In this document: positions 22,691 through 32,200 of the stretch, in pieces
Layout: every line of letters begins with the position of its first letter
How positions within the stretch are numbered: position 1 is the first letter of the stretch
Source: Picochlorum sp. SENEW3
Taxonomy: Eukaryota
Assembly: GCA_034226945.1 (NCBI GenBank)
Contig: CP120463.1
Coordinates: forward strand, 1-64,000
Reading direction: 5' to 3'
DNA: 64,000 nt
The notes under the pieces: model-generated
Database searches by the model: none
What the model was told of the DNA's origin: nothing
What the model saw: the letters and a program-made list of their open reading frames with translations, nothing else
Program-made: the position numbers and the translations under genes

Positions 22691-24510
22691 ATGGCAGGCG
22701 CTTCAAAAGAGTCTGGCGAAGGAGGTGGTGTTGATACGGCTGCCAAGGGACGTGTGGAAAAGAGCGCCAATGTCGTGGATGATTCTGGAGTGGTGGAGAA
22801 GAGGTTAGCTGCGGTGAATACACGGGTGTTGAATGGAAGTGGGACGAGTAGCAGAGCGGAGGAGGAGGATTCCACGCTGCTGAGTGATGAGGAGATTGCA
22901 TGGAAATTGCATCAGGAGTTGAATGCAACATCTCCTATGTTCAGAACGAGGTCACGGAGGCAAAAGTCAAATTTAGCAGAGTCTTCTCTCGGTAATGGAG
23001 GGGCGCCGGAGCGGCAGCAGAAGAGGAAGAAGGGCGGTGGTAAGAAGCAACAGCACACGGGTCCCAAGGGAGGGGGAGAGGATGATGGGGAAGGCACTGT
23101 AGGTTCTCGGAAGAAGTCACAGAGGGTGGTGGCAGGGCCAGATAAAGTGTCTGCTAGTCCATTTTATCCAGAAAGGGTTCATCTGACACAGAGAAAACAA
23201 CAACAATAATAGCGACCATGGTGTGAAGGCACGGTCGAGGAAGGGTAGGCCAAAAGCAGCCCCAGATGGTGAGGATGTGCAGCAGGCTTCTGTGGATAAG
23301 AACAATAATAGCGAGAGGGGTTCCGAGAAAGTCAAAGGGAGGTCGGAAGGGAGCCCCTCGTATTCCAAAAGCTCCCAATGGTGCAGCAAGGAGGCCATTG
23401 GTATCGTGCGAGAGTTTTGAAGGAAAATAAAGAGAAAATTCTCGTCGAGTTTGCGGGGTTTGAGCATAGTATTCCGTCTCTATGGTTGCCTAAATATTGT
23501 GAGAGGATATGGTATGGATCCTACAAGGGAAAGGATTGGAGATATCATGGAGAAGGGGCGTGGGTACCCAAGAATGGCATCAGAAATCGAATCATCACAA
23601 CTGAGGACTATGATGTGCCACCTGCTTCAGTGGGGATTTCGGAAGGAACTCTCAACCGCTCGCGGTCGAGACGCCAAGTTTACAGGTTGATGGAGCGATC
23701 ACAGGTGAGGATACTGTGGGGAAGAGGAAGTCTCGAGGAAAAAGTCTGTTGGAGAGGAGGGTAGCGAGTCAAGGCAGCAACGCCTCGGGCGGAAAGTCCG
23801 AAGTAAAAGGAACCATTCCACGGAGGAAGACGAAGAGAGTGGGAAGAAATCAGAGGAGGATTCCGAGGAGAATGAGCAGCAGGAAACTCGCCGCACACGA
23901 CCACGGCGAGCAGCCAAGAGGGCGGCAATTTTCAATAATGCAGAATTCGCTGTTGATACTGAGGTAGATATGATGGAATCGGATGTTGGTGGCTGGAAGA
24001 TGTTTGCACAGGAGGAAGATGATCAGTTTTTGCCCCAAGACAATGCATAATATGGCAATTCTGACCAGCCTTGACGAGAAAGAAGCACTGCAAGCACTGA
24101 CAGAGATGCCATCATCTCCTGTATCTCTCATGGATTTAGAAAAGGTCGAAGAGAGGATCGAGAACAGCAGGGAGGCTTTGTTGGAGGCGTACACCAATCA
24201 AGCGGAGCGTAAAGCTCCTCTGGCCAAGTCCCAGAACAATACCTCAGCCATATCCAGATCTCACACTGCTGAGAGCATTGTGATTGCTGAGCAAATGTTT
24301 GGAGGTTTGCTGCATGCCATTTCTTCAAGGATGGAGCATGCTTCCACTGGCAAAAAAATCTGGTCACCTCACATATGGTCATCAGGGGTAACGCCAGCAG
24401 ATGGCGAACCTGCCATTATACATGTGCCAATATCCCTGATTGAGAAGGCTCTTGAGAGTAAAACAGAGTCATTTATCAAGCCAGCACCACCATTCCCTTT
24501 GTTTTGCTAA
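22691..24510 (+). CDS. Putative nuclear protein with a Tudor/Agenet-like barrel, frameshifted
   Basis: LSDEEIAWKLHQELNA motif, NLS-like basic tracts, WYRARVLKE..KILVEFAGFE..W Tudor-like segment and an acidic linker, distributed over at least four frames. Confidence 0.6.
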
Positions 24511-24607
24511 TTACATGATAGAACACAAATAATGGCGTATTTGTGTGTTTGCTTTTGTTGTAAGATTCTTTATTACATGAGATGAGGCACTTTGCAGGAA
24601 ACAGCGA

Positions 24608-25495
24608 TTAAAAGAATCTCCATGGATCCTGATTTGGTGCGACATATTCCTTTCCAGGCTCGATCAATGTGAACGAGTCTACAGTCTTCCGGAAAGGTTC
24701 CTGCAAATCTTCCCATTTATCTTGTGGACATGATACATTCAATGTATAGAGGAAGGTCTGCCCATCAAGGCCCGGTCGAGCAGCAGTGACTGCCCTGGCA
24801 TGGCGATAAGTTTCATTCTCTGCATTCAACAGTGTTGGGGAGCCCTGCGAAATATGCTCATACACGCAGTATTGAATACCATTCTTTTCAACAAAAAACG
24901 CGTCTTCAACGCTAGAGAGACTCACACGTTGCCCAGATGTCACTCTTCCAGTGGATCTGTCCACAAGAACCTGCTCAGCAATCTGCCTTGCTGTCCAATC
25001 CTCCTGCTTCGTCGTCCTCAATGATCCCGCAGGAGGACCCACCGACACTGACACAGTCACAGCATCTTTCAAGCTCACTAATTCACACACAATCCTCTGC
25101 CGCGCATCTGCTGTCAGGGGTGCAGCAGACGAATACCTTTCTGGCTTCCTAGAGAGGACCAGTGGCAAGGCAGCACCAGAACTGGTCGCCACCGGGTACT
25201 CGAATGAATATGCTAAAGTTTCATCTTTCAAATATTTAAATCCCTGTTCTGCAGAACCATTCTCTGCTGCAATCACAGCCTGCTCTGACGAAGATACCAT
25301 GGTCATTCCCAGCAGGAGCAAGGACACCCCTCGACGGGTCACCGGCATTGCATCCCCAGATTCTATAATGTTACTAGAACAAATCACAACCTGCCTGCTG
25401 TTCGATCGCAGCAAAGCATTCTTTCTGCTTGACAGCAAAGGGTGGGCAGAGGCACTCACCCCCACTCTACCCGTGCAACAGCATCGCACCGACAT
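24608..25495 (-). CDS. PPD5: PsbP-domain protein 5, thylakoid lumen
   Basis: Twin-Arg signal TRRGVSLL; SRKPERYSSAAPL..DARQRIV; YRH; C-terminal YVAPNQDPWRFF, as recalled for plant PPD5. Confidence 0.88.
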   Translation of the reverse strand: MSVRCCCTGRVGVSASAHPLLSSRKNALLRSNSRQVVICSSNIIESGDAMPVTRRGVSLLLLGMTMVSSSEQAVIAAENGSAEQGFKYLKDETLAYSFEYPVATSSGAALPLVLSRKPERYSSAAPLTADARQRIVCELVSLKDAVTVSVSVGPPAGSLRTTKQEDWTARQIAEQVLVDRSTGRVTSGQRVSLSSVEDAFFVEKNGIQYCVYEHISQGSPTLLNAENETYRHARAVTAARPGLDGQTFLYTLNVSCPQDKWEDLQEPFRKTVDSFTLIEPGKEYVAPNQDPWRFF

Positions 25496-25656
25496 ACTGC
25501 TTGATTGATCCCGTCAAAACTAGGACTAGTACTGTGTGAAATAAATTATGCAATAAATTATACATTCAGAGGACAGCATTCCCAGCATATCAGCACATCC
25601 AGATAATTATCTTGTACAAGGCATATGTAGGCTCGGCGGTGGCGGCTCTCCCCTCA

Positions 25657-25830
25657 GATCCTTCCACTTCTTTCTAGTGATTGGTTGTCAAAATCATGAT
25701 CTAGAAGGAGGTTCTGACGGGGATTGATGAGTGGTTTGTACAGGCGTGCGTTGATTCGTGGCTGCCTGAAGGGAGCTCGCCCCACCTACCTTGTTACGAA
25801 AGAGCTCCTTGTGAATACCGATCTGACCCC
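25657..25830 (+). ncRNA. SNORD13: Box C/D snoRNA, SNORD13 (U13)/snR45-like guide for 18S rRNA helix-45 ac4C
   Basis: Box C TGATGA 25725-25730; box D CTGA 25823-25826; terminal stem GGGG/CCCC. 5' antisense element GATCCTTCC pairs with 18S GGAAGGATC. Internal element CACCTACCTTGTTACGA 25783-25799 sits in the loop of the AGGGAGCTC/GAGCTCCTT stem and pairs with 18S TCGTAACAAGGT and AGGTG. Confidence 0.85.
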
Positions 25831-25863
25831 TACTTTTTGTTCATTAATTTTCTTGTTGTTCAT

Positions 25864-25951
25864 GTCAGAATGACCCCAGGCGGTCCTGGGTGCGGACTTC
25901 AAATCCGTAGGCAATGTGATGTTGCAGAGGCTCAACTCCTCCTTTCTGACG
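25864..25951 (+). tRNA. tRNA-Sec (UCA)
   Basis: 9-position acceptor GTCAGAATG/CTTTCTGAC with one U-U; long D-stem CCCAGG/CCTGGG; 6-bp anticodon stem TGCGGA/TCCGTA around CTTCAAA; long variable arm GCAAT..GTTGC; 4-bp T-stem GAGG/CCTC; G discriminator. This is the eukaryotic 9/4 fold. Confidence 0.93.
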
Positions 25952-26875
25952 TTAAGAAGCAGGCAAAGAATTCACCATGAGTTCCAGAGGCTGCTTACGT
26001 CCTTCTAAGAAGGCCTGCCATGGCGTTTGTCTCGAGACGGACCTGTATCCAAGTCTCTTGTACAACGCATATGCCGCAGTATTGGCTGGGTCCACGTGGA
26101 GCGCAATCCAGCTGCAACCCCATTCTAACGCACGTGCTTCCGCTGCCTTAATCAGTTTTGTACCGATTCCGCTGCGTCGGAGACTCGAGCAGACCGCCAG
26201 ATTGCTGATGTATGCTGTCTTTGGCCTGGGGCTTAGGTTGAGCAATTGAGAGTTGAAGAAGGCAGGCCATGTGAACCTTGGGGGGATGAATGCCATATGG
26301 GTATCCACCACCACTGCACCGACAATGTTTTTATCACTGGCCAATCTCGTGCTATACTTCTGATTGCCCTCCATGTTGGGAGCCCCCATCATCCACGTGA
26401 GCACCTTCTCCACCACAGCACTCGAATCAACCGACGGCATCTCCGACGGGGCATTCAGCATGTCCACAGCCGTCATACAAGAGAACGACGGAGGGGAAGC
26501 AGTCTCTCCCTGATGGAGAGCCAAAACTCTATCCATCCGAAGCACTGTGTCCCAGAACGGACCTTGGTCTCCGTAAAAAGATTTGCAGTGCACTTCGGCT
26601 ATCTTTTCGTAATCGGACGCAGTCGCGTCATGAATTACGTATCTCTCGACCTCGATCCGATCCTGTATGCGCGTAGAAGCCTTTGTCACCCTGTTGGTCG
26701 CACGACAACCTACACTCCAAGGTGCGAGAGCACTTCGACATCGCCTGTGGCCACGACATCCTGGTGGCGTGTGTGGGCCAACGAGCAAACTATTATGTGG
26801 ATGAGCGAATATCGGATGATATTGATGCGCACGTGAGGGCTGCAGAGAGTACCCACCGCCTATGTGAACCCACAT
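25952..26875 (-). CDS. GNAT-family N-acetyltransferase, probably plastid-targeted
   Basis: AYISNLAV...RRSGIGTKLI acetyl-CoA motif, LHVDPAN.AA.ALY.RLGY. Confidence 0.9.
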   Translation of the reverse strand: MWVHIGGGYSLQPSRAHQYHPIFAHPHNSLLVGPHTPPGCRGHRRCRSALAPWSVGCRATNRVTKASTRIQDRIEVERYVIHDATASDYEKIAEVHCKSFYGDQGPFWDTVLRMDRVLALHQGETASPPSFSCMTAVDMLNAPSEMPSVDSSAVVEKVLTWMMGAPNMEGNQKYSTRLASDKNIVGAVVVDTHMAFIPPRFTWPAFFNSQLLNLSPRPKTAYISNLAVCSSLRRSGIGTKLIKAAEARALEWGCSWIALHVDPANTAAYALYKRLGYRSVSRQTPWQAFLEGRKQPLELMVNSLPAS

Positions 26876-26937
26876 TTTTTTAGTTTCTACACTCGTACTT
26901 TCAAATTGAATTGAATTCAATTCAATTCAATCATACT

Positions 26938-28071
26938 TTATACATTAACATTTTGTATAAGTTTAGCCAGATGCCTTCTGCGAACATAAACTGATGCTGC
27001 CAATCCGAGAATCCCGACGAGTGAGAAGAAGATCAAGGTTTTGGGCTCTTCCCCATCGGTCTCGTCTTTGTTCTCGCCTTCTCCTTCAGCAAGGTTGGTG
27101 TGTGTCATTCCCAGTAATCTGAAAATGAATTTCTGGACGGTCCCCAAGGAATCAAGGCCTGTTGGCACGGAGGGATCATCTGAATGCTTTTTATTCCACT
27201 CCTGATCTCGTGTGCCAAAGAACTCCAACTGCACAGGCGATATTGCCAGATCAAACTCTTCTTTGGGGGCACGATCCCCGCCCTCAAAACTGTTGGATGC
27301 TCGCAACGACTTGTCTGGGCTCACACCATAGCCAGAAAGAGTGGGTCTGCTGCCATGGCTTGTTCTCCTAGACATGCTCTGCATCGGTGACAACACAGGG
27401 CCTTGCGTCGGAACCCTATGTGGTAACTGCTGTTGAAAGTCCCTGGATAGGTTGTCGGCTCGTTCATCCTTATTTCCTACCCTCTCCTGCTCGTGGCTCT
27501 TTGCTGCAATCTCTTTCTCCAAGAAGAGGCGCTCTCTGGGATCCAATGGCAGGAACGTCTGCCTCCGGAGCCAAAGCTGTACTTCTGAGGGATCTTTCAG
27601 GGTATCTAGAAGTATTTCAGTAGTGTACATGTGCACCAGTGTCAGATACTGCTCTCGAGTCCATCCGCTCTGTCGCGAAGCCTTCGACTTGAGCAGCAGG
27701 AGGACAAGAGAGTCAGCATGTCGTCGCTCTTCCGTTTCCAACGCGAGTGATATCCAAAGCAGGACCGCATTGGGCGGGGCTAAATCTAAAGATACAAACA
27801 AGGAGCAGAGGCGAGACCTTGCTGAGGCAAAGTTCGAGGTTTCGTAGCACGACTGCAGAAACACAACTGCTGCTCTCTCCACGAGTTCATCTCTGATTTC
27901 CAATGTTTCCTCCGATACTTCCAATTTTCTCAAAGAAGAGAGAATGTTTGACGATATAGATTCGGATTCTGCGTACTTTCCAAGGATCAAACACCTCTCC
28001 GACTCTTCGACGAGGCCGCTCAGCTGAGAACTGAGGTCGTGCATTCCTTCCTTTAGGCTTAGAGAAGCCAC
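26938..28071 (-). CDS. Tail-anchored membrane protein, possibly APEM9/PEX26-like
   Basis: Helical N-terminal domain (AAVVFLQS.YE, PPNAVLLW, Y..LV..Y...IL), disordered linker, and a C-terminal TM helix followed by RRR. Confidence 0.45.
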   Translation of the reverse strand: MASLSLKEGMHDLSSQLSGLVEESERCLILGKYAESESISSNILSSLRKLEVSEETLEIRDELVERAAVVFLQSCYETSNFASARSRLCSLFVSLDLAPPNAVLLWISLALETEERRHADSLVLLLLKSKASRQSGWTREQYLTLVHMYTTEILLDTLKDPSEVQLWLRRQTFLPLDPRERLFLEKEIAAKSHEQERVGNKDERADNLSRDFQQQLPHRVPTQGPVLSPMQSMSRRTSHGSRPTLSGYGVSPDKSLRASNSFEGGDRAPKEEFDLAISPVQLEFFGTRDQEWNKKHSDDPSVPTGLDSLGTVQKFIFRLLGMTHTNLAEGEGENKDETDGEEPKTLIFFSLVGILGLAASVYVRRRHLAKLIQNVNV

Positions 28072-28111
28072 ATTGTGTTCTAGATTTTACAGCAGATTAT
28101 TCATTTTGATG

Positions 28112-29230
28112 CTACGCCCGCTGACCTCCATCACGGTGTCTACAGGATTCAAGGGCCTTCTCCAAAGCCACCATGCCTTGTCCAAGCAGATGGTGAGACA
28201 GGGCTCTCTTGGAGACAAGGATTCCCTCGTCCATCAGATCTTGTGCATGTATCCACACCGCGTCCCATGTGATGTCTTTCGAGTTTTTTGTGAGATTTCC
28301 GTATGGTCTCAAAAATATGATCCGACCTGGTGGGTACATGGGCCTGGTGTCCACGTCTTTCTGATGCAGTTGGGCCTTTGCAAGATACTGCTGGAGCACC
28401 TCCTTGACATCCGGATCAATGCTTTCAAACGGCTTGAAAACATGGGGTGCGGCGGAAGCATTCACATATCTTCCGATGAGCGTATCCAAGAGGATGGACA
28501 GCTGGGACGATAGCATGTGCCTAGGGCAAACATCATATCGTCAATCGCCCGCTTCATGGTCTGGATTGACATTCGTGATATTGCATCCTGACCAACCACA
28601 ATCGACGTGCAAAAGCTTTCAGATATGGCACGAAATGTGTCATCCACAAGCCCACCTGGTGGATTGTACGAAAGACACCGCAAAGATGGAAAAATTTCGA
28701 GTAATTCAGCCCCAATGATACTCGAAACTGCCGCACCCAGGGAGTGCCCTGTGATCACCAGACCATACTTCTGGCCATGTATTGCATGTTGAATGAGAGC
28801 AATTGCCCTGGATGTACTGAATTCCATCTGCTCTTCCTCTTCCATCGCATCAAACTCCTTGATTTGAGGTTCGTTATAGGAAGACTCCGAAGAGAGCAGA
28901 TCTGCATCTGCTGATATTGGCCCAGGAAGATGCTGGATTGCCTCGTAAATGCCGACCTTCTTTAAATCCTCTAGCAGGGCTCTGGCAGATGACACAATAC
29001 CTTCGTGCGCGTACATTTCTTCTGAATCTCGACCAGTCAGAGTCCTTATTTGATCTAAGATCCAAGGGGACACCTGGCGATTGAAATTTTTGGGACTGCT
29101 CAGAAGGTCTGTGACCAAATCAGAAAACCCAACGGTGCCCCTGATACTTATGCAAATGTTTTTAGTCACCTTGTCTACCAAAATCAGATACGGCAAGATC
29201 CCCAAAGGACTAGAGGCATAAGAGATGGGA
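28112..29230 (-). CDS. Class-3 lipase (diacylglycerol lipase-like), frameshifted and apparently lacking its 5' part
   Basis: LPYLILVD..ISIRGT..SDLVTD, AHEGI, ITGHSLGAAV, YNPPGG, VVGQDAISR, PMYPPGRII. Recognisable similarity begins abruptly at about 29230. Confidence 0.85.
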
Positions 29231-32200
29231 AAATAGGCCACGAAGTTGATGGGGTCTGACCCTATTGTTGATCTGTACGCCATTTCCATCAATGTCTGCC
29301 ATATTCAGTTTGATGTAAGTATTCTTAATGATATATATGCTCATTTAAATCATATTTGAGTGACCTTGGCCTATGGAAAAGGCCTCCTATTGTCGAGATA
29401 CCGGGATGAAAATGTGATCTTTCACACTGCCAGGCCAAAACATCACTTGCCGTCGCATGGAAACATGTCGACCCTCTTATTGAAGTCTTATATTCATTTG
29501 TAGAGGTTTGTCAGCATTTTCTACAAGTTTGAGTGGTCTTCTTGGTTTGACTTTCCCATCCAACACTCAATCAAGGCATCCCATCAAAGACATACTTTGA
29601 TAGGACCCTTAAAGTTGGTACTCTATTTGCCAAAAAATTTCCACCCTACCCTAGTGATGACATCCGACTCGTGCCATGAGGCCTCATGGCGATGCATGGA
29701 GTTGATATTCTGTGACAATTCCTGTCAGATTCAAATTTTTTGAGAATTATCTCGTCCCAAACTGACGTTTGTCAACGGCATCTCGCGAAGAAACATAGCT
29801 GCGCTGTGGTAGGCTACTACAGTAACGATAGTATAGACTCGGACGACGACTGGCGTGGTCGTGCGTTTCCGACCCTTGGTCTCGTCGTCTCGTATTATCA
29901 AAGTAGTAGAGTTTATATACGAATTACAGTTCCATAAAAGGACCGCCGGTGCTGTTGTTGCTGGGCGTGCGGTTGGTTGTTGAGTTGAATACCAGTTGTT
30001 GTTGTTGTTAGTTTTTGCACGGGCGTTGACCCAGCAGCCCGATCAACGCCCGTGGAGGCCGCGCACTGATCAGCCGAGCCTGTTCGGACGGATACAGAGA
30101 CAACTATTGCACACACAAGGTACGAATCCCATACAGACATGAAGGACCACGTTTGATAGCAGGGGAGTTACGATCAGTTTCCTTGTGTAGGTGACGAAAG
30201 AACCGTGGCGCGTGTGTGAGGAGGAAGATATAAAGATACGGTAGTACCGATGGAAAAAGGGTTCGTTAATCAAGGTCCTATCGTCGCAACATCGACGCCT
30301 GGAGGAGGCTCCCCACATGGTGTGTGATGACCCATCAGGGTCCAGACCTACAGGAGACCACAGGAAAGAGGCAAAATTCAGGACTGAAAAGTTAGGTCTC
30401 TATAGAAAACACGGGGAAAACAGAGTAAATATGCGCAAGAAGTGAGGAAGGTGATAAAACCTGGATCTCTGGGCGGGTATCAAGACCACAACCGAAAGAA
30501 CAAGGGACAGTGGAGGGGTATTGCTCGCACATCCAGAATCAAAGAGCTTCTGTATGACACGGCCACGATGGTGGGCCACATATCCGTCGAAGCCACCCAA
30601 GCTGCTCACTACCACGTGTACCGATGCCTCGAGGAAGGTATTGATCTGGGGAAGATGGATTACAACAATTTTTGGAACTACATCTTTGATGCCATCAAAG
30701 ACCTCAGGTATGGGGACGGCCTCAAACAGGACATCAGGACACCCCTGTACGACTCGCTCCGACAGTATGCAGAAGAGGCTCTACTACCTCAGGCAGGCGA
30801 GTCTCTGAGATGGGACGTCGACGGTCACACGGCCTGGCGTCGGCGTTGCCTCCTCGCTGCGGCGGATGCAAAGGCTCAGAATTTGCACATTATTCTGCAC
30901 CACAATGCGTATCACAACCTTTGCAAGATTGTGAAGGTTCGGCTTGCACGCACCTTTGGGGCACGGTATGCGGATGACTTTCGTTCTTTGGTGTCTGCCG
31001 TTGCCGTCGCTGTGTGGGAGGACGTGGATTTCCGTGATGTAAAGGAAGGGTACGACAGATTGAAGAATCTAACTGAGGAAGAGGTCCAAGACATCCAGGA
31101 GGCGATCGTCACCCCTATTCGGGAGAAATTACCGGATCAGGAAGGCCGAAAGGAAAATGCCAAGATGATAGAATTCGTGCACTTCGTTGCGGGCGAGGTG
31201 ATGGAATACAACCGCCATCGTTCTGAGCAGTCCGGCCCGGGGAGCCCACGGCAGGCCATCGAGTTAGTGAATGTGTGTGTGGGAGAAAAACTGGCGGTGG
31301 CCATCGAGCGAGATTTGAGGAAAGGATCGCTCACCAAGAAGGCGTTTGTCCACCACGTGAAGCATGCGCTGGACATATTCCGACAGTGTTCTGGTCCAGA
31401 CATGTTCACCACCCGCCGAGACCAGGGACTCCGGGATGTAGACAGCGGACAACGTGTCGTGGACCGAAACGACAGGTATCGGGGGCAAATTTTGTGCCTT
31501 CTGTCGGAGAGGATTCTGTACCAGAGTCAGAAGGGTGGTGCCGAATTCCTGAGCCAAGACCAAGTGGGTTGGATCGATGGCATCTCGTCTGAACTGCGCC
31601 TCCCTTCGTCCTTGGCCGACTACGACATGACCAAGAATGATTTTGCCGACTATATGGAGAGGGTCATTCTGCCCAGCTCCGCTCGTCGTTCTTGTTCGTT
31701 GCTCCGAGGAGAGGCAACGATGCAGAGGCCCCATGGGGAAAGCGAATCCAGGTGCCGTCCGTCCTCCCCCTGGCAAAGAAGAGGGCCTGTCATATCAGCA
31801 TTCCGACTGCGGCTATCACCGGCCTCGCAGAGAGCCTGGCGCGGGAGAGTAGTGACATTGCTAAAGCGATACACGGCCCCGGGAGACACTGCGCGAGGCA
31901 CGGCAAAGGGTGACATCAATCGAGTCGAGAATCGTGGACATGGACAAAGAAAACTGGTTGACCGACGAGCAACAGAAGGTTAAACAGGAACTTGAAGATA
32001 ATAAGAAAAAAAGCAAGCTCGAATTTGAGCAGACCCCGACTGGAAAGCGGCACCAGTACAAGAAGTCTGACGAGGAAACCAAGCTGTGCAAGGAATTGAC
32101 AGACAGGAAGAACGCGTTATTGAATGGCAGCCAAGAGTACGTGGATGCTCGAGAAGAAGTGGAAAAGGCTGCGTTGCGGTATCAAGAGTGCTGTTGGACG

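Noticed and set aside
26904..26927. 24-bp palindrome AATTGAATTGAATTCAATTCAATT as a heat-shock element
   Set aside because: It is built from inverted 5-mer microsatellite units and lacks the alternating nGAAnnTTCn phasing.
29641..30060. Telomerase RNA (CCCTACCCTA plus U-rich pseudoknot)
   Set aside because: The motif is not a proper CCCTAA(A) template, lies ~300 nt from the pseudoknot with a TATA between them, and no A-rich triplex strand is present.
29300..30440. Hammerhead ribozyme of a Penelope-like element
   Set aside because: No CTGA(N)GA...GAAA core with flanking stems was found on the + strand, and there is no reverse transcriptase.
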